A stretch of DNA of 32,000 nt from the NCBI RefSeq assembly GCF_003945235.1, contig NZ_RSDW01000001.1:4080001-4112000 (forward strand), written 5' to 3'. Position 1 is the first letter of the stretch; the number at the start of each line of letters is the position of its first letter. The position numbers were made by a program, and so were the translations under genes. Below, in pieces: positions 27,007 to 32,000 of this stretch. The notes under the pieces are model-generated. The model did not search any database. It had not been told where the DNA came from and saw nothing but the letters and a program-made list of their open reading frames with translations. The DNA is from Edaphobacter aggregans (GTDB lineage: Bacteria; Acidobacteriota; Terriglobia; Terriglobales; Acidobacteriaceae).

Positions 27007-30000
27007 ATGAAATCCTGTTCGTTTTCCTCCCTCCCTGCCCTCGTGTGCCTCTCGGTTGTCTTCGTTGTTACTGGCTGCGGCAACTCGAATCCTACTGCTT
27101 CAAATGGCGGAGTTTCGCCGACCCCCACGCCTATAGTCCTTGCTGTCGTTTCGATTTCGCCGACATCGGTTCCAGCCGGAGCTCAACCCCTGACACTCAC
27201 GGTGACCGGCAGCGGATTTCAAAGTACGAGCGTTGTCCAAGTGAACGGGGCGTCCGTCCCTACGACCTACGTCAGCGCAACCCAGTTGAGCGCTATCGTG
27301 CCGGCAAGCTCCCTCGCCACCGGAGCAATGCTACAGGTCGTTGTGCTCAACGGGACAAACAGCAGCGCCAATGGCAGTTCGGTAATCAGCCTTGAAGTTG
27401 ACAATCCAGCTCCTGTTATCACCAGTTATTCGCCGTCCCTTTTTCTTGCTGGAACAGCTCCAGTCACCATCTCCGTTACAGGATCGGGCTTCATTCCAGG
27501 AACGGTTCTTCAGGTGAACGGGAGCGCCCGTGCTACGACTTATGTTAGCGCAACGCAGGTTAGCATAGGCCTCACCGCCAACGATCTGGCAAGTCCCGGC
27601 AGCCTGGTGCTAACCGCCGTGAATCCTATTCCAGGCGGGGGTACTTCTGCTGGAGCCTCTCTGTCTGTCTCCAATCCGATACCAGGACTGATCACAATCA
27701 CACCGAGCTCGGTCGGAGCCGGCGCGACAACGTCTACGACAGTCACCGTCGCAGGATCGAACTTCATCTCAAGCTCCGTAGCGCAGGTGAATGGATCGGC
27801 ACGTCCCACCACCGTCAGTAGCTCAACCCAACTCAGCTTCCAGCTTACTGCTGCTGATCAAGCCGCTGCGGGCCAGCTCCAAATCAATGTCGTCAACCCT
27901 GCGCCAGGCGGGGGTACTTCTGCTGGAGCCTCTCTGTCTGTCTCCAATCCGACACCAGGACTGATCACAATCACACCGAGCTCGATCGCAGCCGGCGCGA
28001 CAACGGCTACGACAGTCACCGTCGCAGGATCGAACTTCATCTCAAGCTCCGTAGCGCAGGTGAATGGATCGGCACGTCCCACCACCGTCAGTAGCTCAAC
28101 CCAACTCAGCTTCCAGCTTACTGCTGCTGATCAAGCCGCTGCGGGCCAGCTCCAAATCAATGTCGTCAACCCTGCGCCAGGCGGGGGTACTTCTGCTGGA
28201 GCCTCTCTGTCTGTCTCCAATCCGACACCAGGACTGATCACAATCACACCGAGCTCGATCGCAGCCGGCGCGCAAACGTCTACAACAGTCACCGTCACAG
28301 GATCGAACTTCATCTCAAGCTCCGTAGCGCAGGTGAATGGATCGGCACGTCGCACCACAGTTACCAGTTCAACCCAGCTCAGCTTCCAGCTTACTGCTGC
28401 TGATCAAGCTGCGGTCGGTCCACTCCAGATCAATGTCGTCAACCCTGCGCCAGGCGGGGGGACCTCCACGGCTGCGACGTTTACGGTGACGGTTGTAGGG
28501 ACGCCGATTATTGCGAAGATATCTCCCGCCCAGCTCATTGTCGGTTCGGCTGATACGAACATCCAAATAGTTGGAACCAATCTTACCGGTGGGGCGACTG
28601 TTCAGTGGAACGGCACGAATCTGCCTACCGGGTATGGCTTTAGCAGCAGCAATGGGAATTACCTAATAGCAACGGTCTCAGCCAACCTACTCGCTGCCAT
28701 TGGCACGGCGAATATTTCCGTTACAAATGCGTCAGCAACGCCTTCGGTTTCGAACACCATAACGGTTCAGATCGTCGATCCGCCGCCGCCTACTCTAACG
28801 TCACTTTCAACCACTTTGGCGCCGGTTGGCAAAGCTGTGACCATTACGTTGAACGGCACAAACTTCACGCCAGCATCTACAGTTGCACTCAACGGCGTCA
28901 ACGTCCCTACGACCTTTAGCAGCTACACGTCTCAGATCACCGCCGCGATCCCCGCAACTGCTCTACTTACTCCGGGCGTCGATTCTGTGACCGTCACAAA
29001 TTCAACCGGTACCAGCGCTCCGCTCTATCTGACAGCTTACGTACCTATCATCAACAACAGCATGGTCTACAACCCCGTCAACGGCCTTTTCTACCTGTCG
29101 GTTCCGAGCGCGGCTGGCGCGCCCTATGGCAACTCTGTGGTTTCAGTCGATCCACTGACTGGCTCCTTGGGAACTCCAATTACAGTAGGTAGTGAACCGG
29201 ATAAGTTGGCCATCACCTCCGACGGCAGATATCTCTGGGTAGGACTGGACGGTTCGTCGGCAGTACGCAAAGTTGATCTCGTCGCCGGCACGGCAGGTCT
29301 TCAGTTCTCGCTGCCACAAGAGGGAACAGGTCAATATGCTGCTGCCGCCCTTGCAGCTCTGCCCGGTGCGACTGATTCGGTGGTCGTAGCCACACCAGCC
29401 GGCAACATCGGTCAGGCATTGGCTATCTATGATAACGGGGTAGCTCGCGGCACGCCGGTTCAGGCTACCTTCTATACCTATAATCCGTGGGCTCTGGTCG
29501 TCGACGGGACTAGAAACGAAATCTACACCGCAGGCAGCGATACTTATGACACCTATACCTACGACGCATCCGGCTTGACGCTCAAGACGGCGAACGCTTC
29601 AAATCAGTTCAATGCCAGTCAGTCCTATGCCAGCCAGAACAACGACGAAATCGAGATCGTCAATGGGATTCTCTACACCGATTTCGGTCAGGTAGACGAC
29701 CCGGAGTCCGGTTCCGTACTGAACAACTTCTACTCCAGCGGGACCACCCTGGCGCAAGGCTCGACGACCATCGACGCGACACAGGGTAAGGCGTTCATAC
29801 TCGAAAACTCGTATAACTCTTATCAGCTCGGTGCCTTCAATCTGTCGACCTTTACCCCCACTGCGACCGCTCCGATTCCTGTTACAATTCCGACCTTCAG
29901 AGCCAACTACCAGATTCTTGGCCCTTCGGGGATGCGATTGACCCGTTGGGGAACGGACGGACTAGCCTTCCGGGGACCTGGCGGCTTCGTCAGCCTGCGC

Positions 30001-31950
30001 TCCAGCTTGGTGCAGGATCTTTCGACTGTCAATGCGGACCTAGGCGTCACCATCACGTCATCTGCCGCGAACGGCACGGGCAGCACCACCACCTATATCG
30101 CGACCGTGACGAACAATGGTCCCGCGTCAGCCTCGAGCGTCGGACTCACCGCATTTCTCCCCTCCACCGGCAGCCTTACCTCTGCGACGCCATCATCTGG
30201 CTCCTGCTCGACGGCTGGCGTCATTCTCTGTGATCTGGGCAGTCTCGCTAATGGCGCTTCGGCCTCGGTCGTCTTCAGCGTCTTGCAAACGAGTGCAGGT
30301 AGCGCTGCGATGACAGTGCAAGTGACCGCCTCCGAGACCGACCCGGTTGGCTCGAACAATCAGGCCACCTCAACGACAAACATCACCGGTGGTGCCTATA
30401 ACGTCGCTCCGACGCTCTCAGCCATTTCTCCGGCTGGGATCGTGAGCGGGTCTAGCGACACCATCATCACCTTGACTGGATCGGGCTTTAGCGACAGTTC
30501 CACGGTGCTACTCAACGGGACGTCTCTGGCTACCAACTTCGTCAGCAGCACGCAACTAACCGCAACGGTACCGGCAGCGAATCTCGCTACTCTAGGCTGG
30601 GCCCCGATCGCCGTCTCTAACCCGGCTCCGGGAGGAGGAACATCCTCCGCGCTTCCATTGACCGTCTTCTCAGTCCTCAACCTGGGCGCCAACCACATCC
30701 TCTACGACCCATACTCGCGCAAGATCATGGCGGGCATCGGGGCAGGTACCCCCTCGGTAGCAGCAAATTCCATCGTTGCAGTCACGCCCGATACCGCCTC
30801 CATCGGTACTACGGTACAGATCGGCGGGACGCCAACGAATCTCACGCTTACCTCCGATGGGCAGATCCTGTACGCGCTCCTGCCGGGCGCAACCACTGGC
30901 AGCATCGCCCGCTTCAACATGCTGACCCAGCAACCCGACTTCACCGTTTCAGGTTTTGCTACTGGCTACCAGGTAGGCCTTCGCGATATTGCCACACAGC
31001 CGGGTGCGGAAAACACGGTCGCCGTGGACGAAGGCGAATACGTCGGCATCTCCATCTTCGACTTCGATCCAGCTTCGCGGATAGCAACAAGGCGAGGTGT
31101 AGCAACCACCCCTTCAGCGGGAACCTGTCTTGCCTTTCCAGAAGCTTCCAGCATGTTTGCTGTTGATTTATGGTCGAGCCCCAATGCACTGGATCTTTAC
31201 AACGTCACCACAAACGGCCTAGTCAACGGTTCCTACCCCTACTACGTCGCATCAAATATCCAGTACCTGAACTGCTACAAGCTGAGCGGCGGTTTGTTGT
31301 TCACGCAGTCTGGCAGTGTAGCGGAGACTGGAGTGAGTCCGGTCGCACAGGTCGGAGTTTTCGAAGGAATGCCGAATGTCAGCAACTACGGCGCCGGAGT
31401 CAAAGACTTCGAACCTGATACCTCATTGGGCCTATCTTTCTACCTCACGGATTTGAATCCGAATCTGTACTCAGCAATCTTCGATAGCATCACTGCGTTC
31501 AATATCCAGACGTTCATGCCAACGACGGTACTGTCGCTCCCTTTCGAAACCTTCGAAGGCAATACTGGCTTCACCGGGGTCGACGTAGTTCGTTGGGGCC
31601 AGGATGGTCTCGCCGTTCTCAGCAGCGGAGGAAATGTCTACCTTGTTCGCGGTGGCGCCATAGTCCCGCAGTTGCTCAATGTCAACTCGGCCGCTATTCT
31701 CACCGCAAGTTCGTTGACCTCCACAACTCATGGTGCTGGCAACACCAGTCTCACGCTTACTGGTAGCAATTTCGTACCTGGAGTTGCTGTGCTATGGAAC
31801 GGCAGCTATCGGACTACGACCATTGTGGATCCAACTCATGTCTCGGTAGCGATTCCAGCAAGCGATTTAGCCCAGGCCGGAACCGCCGTCATCACAGCCG
31901 TGAATCCGGGGTCACCAGCCTCCGCTCCACTCACCTTCAGCATCGACTAA
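27007..31950 (+). CDS. giant cell-surface lipoprotein: 7 IPT/TIG-like domains, beta-propeller-like module, DUF11 domain, IPT, second propeller-like module, IPT
   Basis: Lipoprotein signal MKSCSFSSLPALVCLSVVFVVTG|C, with the Cys codon at 27076. About 90-aa units each contain a GSGF/GSNF ... QVNGS ... block, and most end NP(A/I)PGGGTS. A DUF11-type block DLGVTITS...TYIATVTNNGPASASSVGLTAFLP...DPVGSNNQA spans about 30037-30380. Two ~320-aa modules carry repeated SDG(R/Q)xLW/Y strands. The ORF track start at 26932 is less likely than ATG 27007. Confidence 0.85.
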   Translation: MKSCSFSSLPALVCLSVVFVVTGCGNSNPTASNGGVSPTPTPIVLAVVSISPTSVPAGAQPLTLTVTGSGFQSTSVVQVNGASVPTTYVSATQLSAIVPASSLATGAMLQVVVLNGTNSSANGSSVISLEVDNPAPVITSYSPSLFLAGTAPVTISVTGSGFIPGTVLQVNGSARATTYVSATQVSIGLTANDLASPGSLVLTAVNPIPGGGTSAGASLSVSNPIPGLITITPSSVGAGATTSTTVTVAGSNFISSSVAQVNGSARPTTVSSSTQLSFQLTAADQAAAGQLQINVVNPAPGGGTSAGASLSVSNPTPGLITITPSSIAAGATTATTVTVAGSNFISSSVAQVNGSARPTTVSSSTQLSFQLTAADQAAAGQLQINVVNPAPGGGTSAGASLSVSNPTPGLITITPSSIAAGAQTSTTVTVTGSNFISSSVAQVNGSARRTTVTSSTQLSFQLTAADQAAVGPLQINVVNPAPGGGTSTAATFTVTVVGTPIIAKISPAQLIVGSADTNIQIVGTNLTGGATVQWNGTNLPTGYGFSSSNGNYLIATVSANLLAAIGTANISVTNASATPSVSNTITVQIVDPPPPTLTSLSTTLAPVGKAVTITLNGTNFTPASTVALNGVNVPTTFSSYTSQITAAIPATALLTPGVDSVTVTNSTGTSAPLYLTAYVPIINNSMVYNPVNGLFYLSVPSAAGAPYGNSVVSVDPLTGSLGTPITVGSEPDKLAITSDGRYLWVGLDGSSAVRKVDLVAGTAGLQFSLPQEGTGQYAAAALAALPGATDSVVVATPAGNIGQALAIYDNGVARGTPVQATFYTYNPWALVVDGTRNEIYTAGSDTYDTYTYDASGLTLKTANASNQFNASQSYASQNNDEIEIVNGILYTDFGQVDDPESGSVLNNFYSSGTTLAQGSTTIDATQGKAFILENSYNSYQLGAFNLSTFTPTATAPIPVTIPTFRANYQILGPSGMRLTRWGTDGLAFRGPGGFVSLRSSLVQDLSTVNADLGVTITSSAANGTGSTTTYIATVTNNGPASASSVGLTAFLPSTGSLTSATPSSGSCSTAGVILCDLGSLANGASASVVFSVLQTSAGSAAMTVQVTASETDPVGSNNQATSTTNITGGAYNVAPTLSAISPAGIVSGSSDTIITLTGSGFSDSSTVLLNGTSLATNFVSSTQLTATVPAANLATLGWAPIAVSNPAPGGGTSSALPLTVFSVLNLGANHILYDPYSRKIMAGIGAGTPSVAANSIVAVTPDTASIGTTVQIGGTPTNLTLTSDGQILYALLPGATTGSIARFNMLTQQPDFTVSGFATGYQVGLRDIATQPGAENTVAVDEGEYVGISIFDFDPASRIATRRGVATTPSAGTCLAFPEASSMFAVDLWSSPNALDLYNVTTNGLVNGSYPYYVASNIQYLNCYKLSGGLLFTQSGSVAETGVSPVAQVGVFEGMPNVSNYGAGVKDFEPDTSLGLSFYLTDLNPNLYSAIFDSITAFNIQTFMPTTVLSLPFETFEGNTGFTGVDVVRWGQDGLAVLSSGGNVYLVRGGAIVPQLLNVNSAAILTASSLTSTTHGAGNTSLTLTGSNFVPGVAVLWNGSYRTTTIVDPTHVSVAIPASDLAQAGTAVITAVNPGSPASAPLTFSID
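27631..28449 (+). repeat. three tandem, in-frame, near-identical 273-bp repeats (one IPT/TIG-like domain each)
   Basis: The unit beginning CCAGGCGGGGGTACTTCTGCTGGAGCC starts at 27631, 27904 and 28177, with a degenerate fourth start at 28450. Copies 1 and 2 differ at 4 positions by manual alignment. Copy 3 matches copy 2 over its first ~100 nt and then diverges. Confidence 0.92.
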
Positions 31951-32000
31951 AGAGATAACGACTAGATGAATGAAACAGAAGAAAGTCTGAATGGATAACA

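Noticed and set aside
26346-27128. ORFs 26346-26612(+), 26596-26826(-) and 26709-27128(-) in the gap before the giant gene
   Set aside because: They have no SD or start context, atypical codon usage and no recognisable motifs, and the last one overlaps the lipoprotein signal peptide region in antisense. I also looked here for tRNA-like or integrase remnants and could not support any.
27540-28358. Three similar 75-90-aa minus-strand ORFs (27540-27812, 27858-28085, 28131-28358)
   Set aside because: They are the antisense image of the 273-bp tandem repeats in the giant lipoprotein gene. Their periodicity simply mirrors the repeat.
27631-28449. Possibility that the repeats are a CRISPR array or a DGR template/variable repeat pair
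   Set aside because: The units are 273 bp, contiguous without spacers and in frame within a CDS, so this is not CRISPR. No reverse transcriptase is present in the window, and the differences between copies are not restricted to adenine positions, so this is not DGR-like.
1-32000. Search for defence systems, toxin-antitoxin pairs, prophage or IS elements, rRNA/tRNA genes and CRISPR
   Set aside because: I saw no nuclease, ATPase, methylase, reverse-transcriptase, integrase or transposase motifs. There are no terminal inverted repeats flanking a segment and no short spaced repeats. The only decayed gene is the spermidine-synthase-like pseudogene.

Overview
This 32-kb window looks like a chromosomal segment from a high-GC genome with strongly C-ending codons. 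The gene content suggests Acidobacteriota (Terriglobia-like): a CarboxypepD_reg-type TonB-dependent receptor, a giant IPT/TIG lipoprotein and a Tat-exported GH10. This taxonomic call is an inference, not a search result. Positions 1-24.4 kb hold ordinary, tightly packed, mostly plus-strand housekeeping genes. In order they are a SIMPL protein, a hexapeptide acyltransferase, an M50 protease-trpS-scpA block, pitA, a minus-strand GH10 xylanase, scpB plus two small/membrane ORFs plus rluB, msrA, a minus-strand DUF4239-like membrane protein, a DEAD-box helicase, a YbiT-like ABC-F ATPase, ornithine aminotransferase, a secreted DUF6438/ankyrin protein, DUF2237 and a 1127-aa TonB-dependent receptor. 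From about 24.4 kb the character changes. That region holds a small exported orphan protein, a frameshifted and probably truncated spermidine-synthase-like pseudogene with atypical codon usage, and about 730 bp without convincing coding potential. It ends with a ~1650-aa lipoprotein built of IPT/TIG repeats (three of them nearly identical 273-bp tandem units), two beta-propeller-like modules and a DUF11 domain. I found no rRNA, tRNA, CRISPR array, transposase, integrase or recognisable defence or toxin system. The best candidate for undescribed biology is the accessory-looking 24.4-32 kb region. It is a candidate only, not a demonstrated system. All family calls come from motif recognition by eye and memory, since no searches were possible.
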